Source: Alphaproteobacteria bacterium
GTDB lineage: Bacteria; Pseudomonadota; Alphaproteobacteria; Rickettsiales; SXRF01
Length of the DNA stretch: 64,000 nucleotides
Reading direction: 5' to 3'
Assembly (NCBI GenBank): GCA_033763575.1
Contig: JANRKF010000010.1
Location: forward strand, 13,376 to 77,375
A model generated the notes under the pieces. The model saw only the letters and a list, made by a program, of their open reading frames with translations, made no database searches and was not told where the DNA came from. The position numbers and the translations under genes are program-made. Every line of letters begins with the position of its first letter. Positions within the stretch are counted from its first letter, which is position 1. Positions 9,486-18,692 of this stretch are shown here, one piece after another.

Positions 9486-10667
9486 TCATTGCAACGCGCT
9501 GCTGCCCGGCATCATGATCGGTTGTTGCGCGCCGCGCTCGGCAAGGCGTTCGACGTGGCCCTTGCCTGCTTCGTGTGGTGCGCGGCCAAGACGCTCGACG
9601 AAGCTTGGGCCGTTATTCATCTCGACGACGGGCGATTGCGACTCCTGCGATTGCTGGCTCTGATTAATGGCGCTGATGGTTGAGATGATCTCCGCTTCCT
9701 CGGCGCTAAACATATTGCCTACCGACTGCACCACCTGCTGGCAACGCCTCACGCATCTCTCAAGGAACGTGGCTTCTTTGGGGCGATCCGGCATTTTTGG
9801 CAAGGCCCCGGATACATCCCCCTGCACGGTGAAGGCAAGCTCGGAGGCGCGGGCCGTATTGAGGTTGATGTTATGCACAATTTTATCGATAGGCAGGACA
9901 TTCGCCAGCTCAGCCGACAGGCGCACTTTGTCGGCAAGCGGCAGCTCCTCATAGCCCTTGCCGAAGCTGCGTTCGACATAGTCGGATATCTGCTTGTTGC
10001 CGGAGATAAAAACCTCGACCACCTGTTCGCGGGTGATGGCCTTGCCCTGCTCGCGGTCACGGGTGATGCCGGCGATCAGGTCATGGGTGGTTTCTTTTTC
10101 CATTCCGAAAAAGACTTTGCCTATTTTTACCAGCGGCGATTTGATGGAGAGATAGGTCAGCACACTCATCGCCACTTTGGCAGCGAATGGCAGGCTCAAC
10201 TCCATCGGAATATGGATGCCGATCGTCTCCACCAGCGCATAGACCGCAATCGACGCGACAAACGAGGCGGCGATGCCAAGATTACGCAAATGGCGCTCGC
10301 GGCTCACCGCCTTGCGGATGACATTGTTGGTTTTTTCGCCTTTGCTCAGGTCGTCGTCGCCCACCTTCTTTTTATCCGTATGATTTTTGGCGGCCAGTTC
10401 CTCTCGGTAAAAATCGGTGAGTTCGGCGCGCTCGGAGAGATATTCGATCTGGTTGGTCACCGCGCTCAGCGTACCGAACCCGCCGAAGAGAACGATACTC
10501 AAGACGGATTGCCCGAATGCCGCCGAAGCCGGGGCGGCCACTTCTATCAGCGGTCTCATCATGTCCGGGGCGGTTTCCACGCCGGGTTTGCCCACAGCCG
10601 TCACCAGCATGGCTTTAATCCTGCCAAGCTTGAATAAATTCCAGAAACTCTCTTTATCGTCTGCCAT
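9486..10667 (-). CDS. orphan membrane-associated hypothetical protein
   Basis: 393-aa ORF, three hydrophobic stretches, C-terminal SFVERL...HVERLAER repeat motif. Confidence 0.8.
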   Translation of the reverse strand: MADDKESFWNLFKLGRIKAMLVTAVGKPGVETAPDMMRPLIEVAAPASAAFGQSVLSIVLFGGFGTLSAVTNQIEYLSERAELTDFYREELAAKNHTDKKKVGDDDLSKGEKTNNVIRKAVSRERHLRNLGIAASFVASIAVYALVETIGIHIPMELSLPFAAKVAMSVLTYLSIKSPLVKIGKVFFGMEKETTHDLIAGITRDREQGKAITREQVVEVFISGNKQISDYVERSFGKGYEELPLADKVRLSAELANVLPIDKIVHNINLNTARASELAFTVQGDVSGALPKMPDRPKEATFLERCVRRCQQVVQSVGNMFSAEEAEIISTISAINQSQQSQESQSPVVEMNNGPSFVERLGRAPHEAGKGHVERLAERGAQQPIMMPGSSALQ

Positions 10668-10714
10668 AGGCCCTTTCCTACTCTTTCATCATACCTGAAA
10701 ACAGGCCAAGAAAT

Positions 10715-10732
10715 GTGACAGATTTGTGAAAT
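10715..10732 (-). promoter_or_regulatory. Pho-box-like 11-bp direct repeat
   Basis: Minus strand ATTTCAC-aaat-CTGTCAC, 21 nt above TATGAT. Confidence 0.5.
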
Positions 10733-10750
10733 CTTATGGGGCAGAAAATG

Positions 10751-10853
10751 TAAGCTCAAACAAGCTTAAATAAGCTGAAATAAGCTGAAATAAGTCAAAA
10801 CCAGCAGGAACCAGTAGGAACCCAGTCAAAAACCAGCTCGAATTAAGCTTAAA
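10751..10853. repeat. degenerate ~10-bp tandem array (about 10 units)
   Basis: taagctcaaa caagcttaaa taagctgaaa taagctgaaa taagtcaaaa ccagcaggaa ccagtaggaa ... ttaagcttaaa. Confidence 0.8.
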
Positions 10854-10857
10854 TCGC

Positions 10858-10886
10858 TTGCAAACGCCCCCCAAAAAGCGTAGGTT
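10858..10886 (+). promoter_or_regulatory. sigma70-like promoter for rpsA
   Basis: TTGCAA-17 nt-TAGGTT, followed by a leader of about 130 nt. Confidence 0.5.
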
Positions 10887-11024
10887 CACCGTCCCTTAAA
10901 CATCCAAACAACGGAAATCGTGGAGTTTCCGCATAGTGTTTTTGGTCAACCCGGGCGATTGTCCACGCAATGTACCCACAACCCATCGATGGCGCAAGTC
11001 ATTGAATAAATTAGGAATTTAATT

Positions 11025-12740
11025 ATGGCACAAGCTGCACAGGCCTACGAAGACTCCATTGAAGATTTCGCAAAACTGTTTGAAGAATCCCTCAAAAGCT
11101 CCAAAACGCAAGAAGGCTCCGTCGTCAGCGGCATCGTCATCGGTGTCGAAAAAGACGTTGTAATTGTGGATGTTGGCCTCAAATCGGAAGGCCGCATTCC
11201 GCTGAAAGAGTTCATTGTTGGTGGCGTTACCCCCGAACTGAAAGCGGGCGACGAAGTTGAAGTATACCTTGAAAAGATTGAGAATAAACACGGAGATACC
11301 GTACTTTCCCGCGAAAAGGCCGTGCGCGAAGATGCATGGATCAAGCTGGAAAAAGCCTGTGAAAATGCCGAGCGTGTCGAAGGCGTGATCTTTGGCCGCG
11401 TTAAAGGCGGCTTCACAGTGGACATCCAGGGCGCCGTGGCGTTCCTGCCCGGCTCGCAGGTGGATATCCGCCCGATCCGCGATGTCACGCCGCTCATGCA
11501 TGTGCCGCAACCCTTCATGATCCTGAAAATGGACCGCAAACGTGGCAACATCGTGGTTTCCCGCCGCGCCGTGCTGGAAGAGTCGCGCATTGAATCGCGC
11601 AACGAGCTGCTCGGCAAGATCAGCGAAGGCCAGGTGCTCGATGGCATCGTGAAAAACATCACCGATTACGGCGCGTTTATCGATATGGGCGGCATTGACG
11701 GCCTGCTCCACGTCACCGATATTTCGTGGAAACGCATCAGCCACCCGTCGGAAGTCCTCGCTCTCGGCCAGACCGTACAGGTCATCGTCACCAAGTTCGA
11801 TGCAGCCACCAAGCGCGTATCGCTCGGCATGAAGCAGCTGGAAAGCAACCCATGGAAAGACGCCGACATCAAATATACGGCGGGCAGCAAATGGGCAGGC
11901 AAGATCACCAACATCACCGATTACGGTGCGTTTGTGGAGCTGGAGCCGGGCATCGAGGGCCTCGTGCACGTGTCGGAAATTTCGTGGGTGAAGAAAAACG
12001 CGCATCCGTCGAAACTGGTTTCCGTATCGCAGGAAGTCAACGTGGTGGTGCTCGATATCGACGTATCCAAACACCGCATCAGCCTCGGCATGAAGCAATG
12101 CGAAGAAAACCCATGGGCGAATTATGCCGCTAAAGTCAAAGAAAACGACGTCATCGAAGGTGAAATCCGCAACATCACCGATTTCGGCCTGTTCATGGCG
12201 CTGGAAGGCGATCTTGACGGCCTCATCCACCATTCCGACATCAGCTGGTCGGAACCGGGCGATGTCGCTATCAAGAACTACAAAAAAGGCGATATGGTGA
12301 AAGCGAAGATCCTCGCGATTGACGTCGATAAAGAGCGCATCAGCCTCGGCATCAAGCAGCTTGAGAACGATCCGTTCGAAGGCGAGTTCGAGGGCCTGAA
12401 AAAAGGCGCGACCATCACCGTGACCGTGGCTGATATCAAGGATGACGGCATCGACGTGAAAGTCACCGACAACATCATCACCTTCATCAAGAAGGTGGAG
12501 CTCGCACGCGAGCGCCAGGACCAGCGTCCGGACCGTTTTGCCAAAGGCGACCGTATCGACGTGAAAGTGACCAACCTAGATAAAGCCACCCGCAAGGTCG
12601 GCGTTTCCATCAAGGCGCTCGAAGTGGACGACCACAAGAAAGCGATCAGCGATTACGGTTCGACCGATTCAGGCGCAAGCCTCGGCGATATCTTAGGCGC
12701 TGCGCTTGATGAAGCCGCCCAGAAGAAGAAAAAAGGCTAA
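11025..12740 (+). CDS. rpsA: 30S ribosomal protein S1
   Basis: Six S1 repeats (VDVGLKSEG, FLPGSQVD, NITDYGAF, GLxHxSxISW). Confidence 0.98.
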   Translation: MAQAAQAYEDSIEDFAKLFEESLKSSKTQEGSVVSGIVIGVEKDVVIVDVGLKSEGRIPLKEFIVGGVTPELKAGDEVEVYLEKIENKHGDTVLSREKAVREDAWIKLEKACENAERVEGVIFGRVKGGFTVDIQGAVAFLPGSQVDIRPIRDVTPLMHVPQPFMILKMDRKRGNIVVSRRAVLEESRIESRNELLGKISEGQVLDGIVKNITDYGAFIDMGGIDGLLHVTDISWKRISHPSEVLALGQTVQVIVTKFDAATKRVSLGMKQLESNPWKDADIKYTAGSKWAGKITNITDYGAFVELEPGIEGLVHVSEISWVKKNAHPSKLVSVSQEVNVVVLDIDVSKHRISLGMKQCEENPWANYAAKVKENDVIEGEIRNITDFGLFMALEGDLDGLIHHSDISWSEPGDVAIKNYKKGDMVKAKILAIDVDKERISLGIKQLENDPFEGEFEGLKKGATITVTVADIKDDGIDVKVTDNIITFIKKVELARERQDQRPDRFAKGDRIDVKVTNLDKATRKVGVSIKALEVDDHKKAISDYGSTDSGASLGDILGAALDEAAQKKKKG

Positions 12741-12743
12741 AAA

Positions 12744-12828
12744 AGGCTGCAGGTGTCAGGTGACAGGGGCAAGAAAGCATGTTAGCTTTCACCCTCTTCA
12801 TCCTGACATCTGACACCTGACACCTGAT
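12744..12828. repeat. heptamer-arm palindromic element, AGGTGWC family
   Basis: aggctgc aggtgtc aggtgac aggggca ... tcctgac atctgac acctgac acctgat fills the rpsA-sppA spacer. Confidence 0.82.
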
Positions 12829-12829
12829 T

Positions 12830-13750
12830 ATGCCCATTTCCGCCGACACCCTCCTCGATAGAATGTATTTGAAAAGCCAGGTTATGCGCTGGCGTACGGC
12901 GGCCATTGTGCTGGCTGTGCTGGCGGTTGCCGCGCTTTTCCATACCGGCAATGTGCCTTCCAAACTTGGCAATGATTATATCGCCCGGGTCACGCTCGAT
13001 TCCATCATCATGGACGATCCGGACGTGTATGAGCTGCTGGAAGATCTTGCCGGGAACAAGCATGTGCGCGCCGTGATTGTGCAGCTCGACACGCCCGGTG
13101 GCAGCGCGGTAGGCGGTGAAGAAACCTATATACGACTGAGGGAACTCTCCACGAAAAAGCCTGTGGTGGCGGTGATGCGCTCGGTGGCAGCCTCGGCGGG
13201 CTATATGGTGGCGCTCGGCGCCGACCGGATTTTTGCCCGCGAAGGCACCATCACCGGCTCCATCGGCGTCATCATCGAAGCGGCGGAAGTGACCGATCTC
13301 GCTGAAAGAATCGGCGTCAAACCGATCATTATCAAATCCAGCGCGCTGAAAAGCACCCTCTCCCCGTTTGAAAAAGCCAGCCCGGAATCGCTCAAGGTCG
13401 TGCAGACGCTGATCGACGATTTCTATGGCCGTTTTGTCGATATCGTGACCAGCGAGCGTAAATTACCGCGTGATGAGGTATTAAAGCTCGCCGATGGGCG
13501 GGTATATGGCGGGAAACGGGCGGTGGACCTCAAGCTGGTGGATGCCATCGGCGGCGAGCAGGAAGCCGTCGCCTGGCTGGAGGAAAGCCGCAAGCTCCCT
13601 AAAGACCTCGATATATTGGATGAGGACATCAAACCCCCGCTGGGCGTGCTGGAGCAGCTCACCCAATCGACTTTTTTAGGAAAGTTTTTTCAAAACAGTA
13701 GGATAAAGCTTGACGGACTGGTTGCGATATGGCATCCTAGCATGAGTTAA
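12830..13750 (+). CDS. sppA: signal peptide peptidase SppA (S49)
   Basis: LDTPGG, AASAGY, TGSIGV, DGRVY; typical rpsA-sppA-ihfB order. Confidence 0.93.
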   Translation: MPISADTLLDRMYLKSQVMRWRTAAIVLAVLAVAALFHTGNVPSKLGNDYIARVTLDSIIMDDPDVYELLEDLAGNKHVRAVIVQLDTPGGSAVGGEETYIRLRELSTKKPVVAVMRSVAASAGYMVALGADRIFAREGTITGSIGVIIEAAEVTDLAERIGVKPIIIKSSALKSTLSPFEKASPESLKVVQTLIDDFYGRFVDIVTSERKLPRDEVLKLADGRVYGGKRAVDLKLVDAIGGEQEAVAWLEESRKLPKDLDILDEDIKPPLGVLEQLTQSTFLGKFFQNSRIKLDGLVAIWHPSMS

Positions 13751-13775
13751 GTTTCTGTAATGCAATGAGGTTGTC

Positions 13776-14072
13776 ATGACCAAATCTGAGCTTGTGCTGC
13801 GTCTTTCCAAAAAATACCCGCATTTATACCAGCGCGATATTGAAACGCTGGTCGCCACGATATTTGACGATATCTCCTCCACGCTGGTGGATGGCGGGCG
13901 GGTGGAACTTCGCGGCTTCGGCGCCTTCTCCATTCGCAAGCGCGAAGCACGCAAGGCACGCAATCCTAAAAACGGCCAGGAAGTCTTTATCGGCGAGCGT
14001 TATGCGATTTATTTCCGCACCGGCAAAGAGCTGCGCGAGCGCATCAACAAGCCTTCGGTGATTCAAGGGTAA
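13776..14072 (+). CDS. ihfB: integration host factor subunit beta
   Basis: MTKSELV, RVELRGFGAFS, ARNPKNG, FRTGKELRERIN. Confidence 0.95.
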   Translation: MTKSELVLRLSKKYPHLYQRDIETLVATIFDDISSTLVDGGRVELRGFGAFSIRKREARKARNPKNGQEVFIGERYAIYFRTGKELRERINKPSVIQG

Positions 14073-14107
14073 TACGTCACTCCTGCGAGGGCGGTAGCGA
14101 GGCTTAA

Positions 14108-14422
14108 GTGTTTTTTTCCCGGTTATTCCATGCGATCAAATTCTGGTTTGCGATGTTGCTCACCGGCTGCATGCTGCTTTTCGTTGTCGTCAACCACGAA
14201 ACGGTGGCAATCAGCCTATTCCCGCTTCCCTACACTATTGAAATGCCAAAATTCCTGCTGGCGCTTGTGTGTTTCGGCGCGGGTATCCTCGTCGGCGGCA
14301 TCATGATGGGGCGCAAGCTCACCCGGGCGCTCCGTGTCAGCCATAAATCGCACCAGCGTGCGATTGCACTGGAAAACGAGATGAAGTCGCGGCAGAATGA
14401 AGAGCATGCCCTCCCTCAATAA
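14108..14422 (+). CDS. lapA: LapA-family (DUF1049) membrane protein
   Basis: Two hydrophobic helices, F..VN..VxISLFP, coiled tail; follows ihfB. Confidence 0.75.
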   Translation: MFFSRLFHAIKFWFAMLLTGCMLLFVVVNHETVAISLFPLPYTIEMPKFLLALVCFGAGILVGGIMMGRKLTRALRVSHKSHQRAIALENEMKSRQNEEHALPQ

Positions 14423-15035
14423 AAACAAAGTCAAAATTTGCGGCCTGTCGGAAGAATCCACCCTGCGCGCTGCCATTGATGCCGGTGCCGATATGGTCGG
14501 CTTTGTGCATTTCCCCAAATCGCCCCGGCATGTAAGCCTCGCCCGCGCCGCAGAATTAAAAAAACTCCTGCCTCCGAATGTGAAATCCGTCATTGTCACT
14601 GTAAATCCGAGCGATGATCTGGTGAATGAAATCCTCGGCATTGTAAACCCCGACTACATCCAGCTGCACGGTAATGAAACACTCGACCAGATAGCTCAAA
14701 TCCATGCAAAAACCGGGATCATAAAAGCCATTCCTGTTTCTACCCCCGATGACATAGTTGAGATGGCCTGCGATATGCTGATGTTCGACGCCAAACCACC
14801 GAAAGAGGCGTCCCTCCCCGGCGGCAACGGCATCGCTTTTGATTGGAAAATCCTCAAAGGTTTCCAGACCATGCGCCCATGGATGCTCTCGGGTGGCCTT
14901 ACGCCGGAGAATGTGCAGCAAGCCATCCGCGAAAGCGGCGCAACATTCGTCGATGTCTCCTCTGGTGTCGAGAACAAACCCGGTGTAAAAGACGCTGGAA
15001 AAATAAAAGCATTTATAGAGACCGCCAAGGCATGA
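14406..15035 (+). CDS. trpF: phosphoribosylanthranilate isomerase
   Basis: [31 protein letters not shown]. Confidence 0.95.
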   Translation: MPSLNKNKVKICGLSEESTLRAAIDAGADMVGFVHFPKSPRHVSLARAAELKKLLPPNVKSVIVTVNPSDDLVNEILGIVNPDYIQLHGNETLDQIAQIHAKTGIIKAIPVSTPDDIVEMACDMLMFDAKPPKEASLPGGNGIAFDWKILKGFQTMRPWMLSGGLTPENVQQAIRESGATFVDVSSGVENKPGVKDAGKIKAFIETAKA

Positions 15036-16237
15036 CCAAACCCAACCTCACCGGCCCCGACGACCACGGGCATTTCGGCATTTTCGGCGGGCGTTACGTT
15101 GCCGAAACGCTGATGCCACTCATCCTCGAAGTGGAGCAGGTCTGGAACAAGGCAAAAGCCGAAAAAGCCTTCTGGGATGAATTCAGCTATTACATGACCC
15201 ATTATGTCGGCCGCGAAAGCCCACTCTACTTCGCCTCGCGGCTCACTGAGCATCTGGGCGGCGCCAAAATTTATTTCAAGCGCGATGAGCTGAACCATAC
15301 CGGCGCGCATAAAATCAACAACTGCATCGGCCAGGCGCTACTTGCGAAAAGGCTGGGCCGCAAGCGCATCATCGCCGAAACGGGGGCGGGGCAGCATGGG
15401 GTGGCCACCGCCACCGTCTGCGCCCTCTTCGGCCTGAAATGCGTCGTCTATATGGGCGCGAAGGATATTGAGCGGCAAGCGCCGAACGTATTCCGCATGA
15501 AGCTTTTGGGCGCCGAAGTCATCCCCGTGCAAAGCGGCACGAAAACCCTGAAAGACGCGATGAACGAGGCGCTCCGCGATTGGGTGACGAACGTGCATGA
15601 TACGTTTTATTTGATCGGCACTGCCGCCGGGCCGCACCCCTACCCCGAAATGGTGCGGGATTTTCAAAGCATCATCGGCAAGGAAGTCCGCACGCAGATG
15701 ACCAAGGCGGAGGGAAGATTGCCGGATTCGCTGGTGGCGGCGATTGGCGGCGGCTCAAACGCCATCGGCCTGTTCCACCCCTTCATAAATGATGCCACCG
15801 TGCGCCTCATCGGTGTGGAGGCCGCAGGAAAAGGTCTGAACACGAATGAGCACGCCGCCTCGCTGGCCCAGGGCAAACCCGGCGTGCTGCACGGTTCGCG
15901 CACCTATTTGCTGCAAAATGATGATGGGCAAATCTTGGACGCCCACTCCATCTCCGCAGGCCTCGATTACCCCGGCATCGGCCCGGAGCACAGCTTTCTG
16001 CATGAGGCAGGCCGGGCGGAATATGTTTCAGCAACCGACGACGAGGCGCTGGCCGCCTTCCAAACCGTTTCAAAACTAGAAGGTATCATCCCCGCGCTGG
16101 AACCGGCGCACGCGCTGGCCTACGTCACCAAACTCGCCCCCACCTTGCCGAAAAACCATCTGATGGTGGTGAATATCTGTGGCCGGGGGGATAAGGATAT
16201 TTTCACGGTGGCGGCTGCACTCGGGGTGAAGATATGA
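15032..16237 (+). CDS. trpB: tryptophan synthase beta chain
   Basis: Gx[36 protein letters not shown]; ATGA overlap with trpF sets the start. Confidence 0.98.
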   Translation: MTKPNLTGPDDHGHFGIFGGRYVAETLMPLILEVEQVWNKAKAEKAFWDEFSYYMTHYVGRESPLYFASRLTEHLGGAKIYFKRDELNHTGAHKINNCIGQALLAKRLGRKRIIAETGAGQHGVATATVCALFGLKCVVYMGAKDIERQAPNVFRMKLLGAEVIPVQSGTKTLKDAMNEALRDWVTNVHDTFYLIGTAAGPHPYPEMVRDFQSIIGKEVRTQMTKAEGRLPDSLVAAIGGGSNAIGLFHPFINDATVRLIGVEAAGKGLNTNEHAASLAQGKPGVLHGSRTYLLQNDDGQILDAHSISAGLDYPGIGPEHSFLHEAGRAEYVSATDDEALAAFQTVSKLEGIIPALEPAHALAYVTKLAPTLPKNHLMVVNICGRGDKDIFTVAAALGVKI

Positions 16238-16617
16238 GTAAAGACTTCGAGTCATGGCACAACCTCAAAATTAAAATAGATACCCGCATAAATCCACCTT
16301 CTTTCCAACAACAGCAAATATGGTGGTGCAACGTAGGTACAAATATTGGACATGAAGAGGATGGCAAAGCTCCTCAGTTCGTTAGGCCCGTACTAATAGT
16401 GCGCAAATTCAACGCGCATATTTTTCTCGGCGTGCCCCTGACTACGCAAGTAAAAACCAATCCTTATTATCATAAGATTATCTTCAAAGAAAAAGAGCAA
16501 TGCGCGATGTTATCGCAAATTCGTGTATGGGATAGTAAGCGCATGATTAATGAAATGGGAAAACTATCAGACAGTCAATTTAAAGAGCTGATAAATGCAA
16601 TTAAAAATATGCTCTAA
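16234..16617 (+). CDS. orphan PemK/MazF-like toxin
   Basis: [45 protein letters not shown]; AT-rich; ATGA overlap with trpB. Confidence 0.82.
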   Translation: MSKDFESWHNLKIKIDTRINPPSFQQQQIWWCNVGTNIGHEEDGKAPQFVRPVLIVRKFNAHIFLGVPLTTQVKTNPYYHKIIFKEKEQCAMLSQIRVWDSKRMINEMGKLSDSQFKELINAIKNML

Positions 16618-16622
16618 ATTAC

Positions 16623-16644
16623 TCAGCCCCCTTGCGGGGGCTGA
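16623..16644 (+). other. GC-rich hairpin downstream of the pemK-like gene
   Basis: tcagccccc-ttgc-gggggctga 9-bp stem, no U-tract. Confidence 0.6.
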
Positions 16645-16745
16645 CTTGTGCCTAACGGCAATTTGTAGCTTAAGTATATCACATAAGAAGATAGATTGTA
16701 TAACAAATATTGAAAATTGTTTTTAATAATAGATAATATATTGGA

Positions 16746-17519
16746 ATGAAAAGAATAAATAACGTTTTTACTAAAACCAAAGCCGAAAAACGCCCGGCGC
16801 TCATCCCCTTCATCATGGGCGGGGACGGCGATACGAAGGGCATGCTCGCAGCACTCGCAGAAAACGGGGCGGACATTATTGAAATCGGCATTCCCTTTTC
16901 TGACCCCATGGCCGATGGGCCGGTGATTCAGGCGGCGGGCCTGCGCGCGCTTAAAAGCGGGGCAAGCCTTGCGAAAATCCTGGCGATGGTGGTGGAGTTC
17001 CGCAAAACCAACACCACCACCCCGATCATTTTGATGGGATATTACAACCCTATTTACCGCTACGGGCCAGAGGCCTTCTGCGCCGACGCGGCCAAAGCCG
17101 GGGTGGACGGCGTGATCGTGGTGGACCTGCCGCCGGAAGAGGAAGCCGAGCTCACCCCGCATTTGGCCAAACACGGCATTGATTTTATCCGCCTCATCGC
17201 CCCCACCAGCGTTGGTGATCGCCTGAAAAAACTCTGCGCCAGTGCCAGCGGGTTTATTTATTATATCGCGGTGGCGGGCATCACCGGTGGCAAATCCGCC
17301 AGCAAAGAGGAGTTGCAAACCCGCCTCAGTGAAATTCGCACCCACACGAAACTGCCTATCGCCGTCGGCTTCGGCATCAAAACCCCGGAGCAAGCTAGCG
17401 CATTAAAAGACATCGCCGATGCGGTGGTGGTGGGTTCAGCGCTGGTGGAAAAAGCACAAGATGGCGTGGCGGCCGCCACCCAATTCATCCGGGAAATAAG
17501 CGTGGCAATGCGTACATAG
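16746..17519 (+). CDS. trpA: tryptophan synthase alpha chain
   Basis: IGIPFSDPMADGPVIQ, DLPPEE, GITG, VGFGI, VVVGSA. Confidence 0.97.
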   Translation: MKRINNVFTKTKAEKRPALIPFIMGGDGDTKGMLAALAENGADIIEIGIPFSDPMADGPVIQAAGLRALKSGASLAKILAMVVEFRKTNTTTPIILMGYYNPIYRYGPEAFCADAAKAGVDGVIVVDLPPEEEAELTPHLAKHGIDFIRLIAPTSVGDRLKKLCASASGFIYYIAVAGITGGKSASKEELQTRLSEIRTHTKLPIAVGFGIKTPEQASALKDIADAVVVGSALVEKAQDGVAAATQFIREISVAMRT

Positions 17520-18210
17520 CCAGACTCGCATCGCCATAGACCTGCGGCGGCGGCGTGAGTTTATTTTCTATTCCGTATTCAATACCTGCAAGAATCGCCG
17601 CCACCACTGCGCCCACCTCCGCATCCGCGCCCGCCACGCGGTGCTCAATGTGTTTCTGATCCCAGGGCTTATCCGGCAGGCGGAGGGCGGTTGTGCGGTT
17701 GTTTGCTCCCCAGCTTATCGTCGTCGGCGCATTGCTGCCCGCGACGAAACGTTTTTTGCTTTCTTCACTCGGCACAAAAACCGGCATGTTTTCCGGCAAA
17801 GTGGCCAGCAACCCGGCGATGCTGTGGGCAAGGGCATCGCTCATTTCTTCATCTTTTTTCCAGTAGAGGTTCTTGCCGTTCGCATCTTCTAAATGCACAT
17901 GCACATGCAACCCATTGCCATAATCATCGGCCAATGGCTTGGCGCTAAAGCTTGCCACCATATCATGCGTGCGGGCCATTTCCGTGACAATGTTTTTAAG
18001 GCGCTCCGTATCCGAAATGATTTTCTGGATATCGTGCGAAGGCTTAAGCGACACTTCATGCTGCTCGCGCCCGCGTTCTTTTTCGATATTGAAAATGGCA
18101 ATGCCCGCCGCCTCAGAGGCATGGCGGAGTTCCGCCCATAACGGGGCCATCTCCCGCCCGCCGGAGCCATGCAGGTAAAACTCAATTTCCGTGGCAACGA
18201 CGGGGATCAT
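17485..18210 (-). CDS. glutamine synthetase catalytic-domain-only protein
   Basis: EIEFYL, KP...GNGLHVH, WGANNRT.ALRLP, IEHRVAGADA; no N-terminal beta-grasp domain; in-frame TGA 5 codons upstream. Confidence 0.82.
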   Translation of the reverse strand: MIPVVATEIEFYLHGSGGREMAPLWAELRHASEAAGIAIFNIEKERGREQHEVSLKPSHDIQKIISDTERLKNIVTEMARTHDMVASFSAKPLADDYGNGLHVHVHLEDANGKNLYWKKDEEMSDALAHSIAGLLATLPENMPVFVPSEESKKRFVAGSNAPTTISWGANNRTTALRLPDKPWDQKHIEHRVAGADAEVGAVVAAILAGIEYGIENKLTPPPQVYGDASLAMYALPRLFPG

Positions 18211-18225
18211 GCTGTGGCTCCATCA

Positions 18226-18349
18226 TAAATTCGCTAGGCCGATGGCAAAAAGCAATGTTTTTCGAGAACTGCGAGGGAGTGTACGGCTTTGTACATGACC
18301 GAGCAGCAGCGCAGAAAAACGAAGCGTTTGCCCGGCCTAGTAGAATTTA
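18226..18349. repeat. RPE-like palindromic element, copy 1
   Basis: Arms taaattcgctaggccg / cggcctagtagaattta; core gagaactgcga..gtgtac..gtacatga..gagc..agcgcagaaaa; overlaps trxA TAA. Confidence 0.8.
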
Positions 18350-18667
18350 AGCGGCGGAATCAATCCACTCGATAAGTTTCGATTTCGGCAGCGAACCGAC
18401 CTTGGTCGACACGGCCTGGCCGCCCTTGAACAGGATGAGCGTTGGGATGCCGCGCACGCCGTATTTTTGCGGGGTACCGGGGTTCTTATCGATATTGACC
18501 TTAGCGACGATGAGTTTGCCTTCCTTCTCCTTGGCTATTTCTTCCAGCACGGGGCCAATCTGGCGGCACGGACCGCACCATTCCGCCCAGAAATCCACCA
18601 GCACCAGCGTGTCGGATTTCAGCACTTTGGCTTCGAATTCGTTGTCGTCAACTTGCAAACAAGACAT
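18347..18667 (-). CDS. trxA: thioredoxin
   Basis: [18 protein letters not shown]. Confidence 0.97.
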   Translation of the reverse strand: MSCLQVDDNEFEAKVLKSDTLVLVDFWAEWCGPCRQIGPVLEEIAKEKEGKLIVAKVNIDKNPGTPQKYGVRGIPTLILFKGGQAVSTKVGSLPKSKLIEWIDSAA

Positions 18668-18692
18668 AATTTTTTCCTTTATCAGTTATACG

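Noticed and set aside
10751-10853. Possible CRISPR array
   Set aside because: 10-bp degenerate units with no spacers and no cas genes.
14076-14105. gtcactcctgcg... possible half REP after ihfB
   Set aside because: Second arm missing; too degenerate to support.
14843-15031. Upstream extension of the trpB ORF
   Set aside because: Overlaps trpF; the ATGA-coupled start at 15032 gives a normal TrpB N-terminus.
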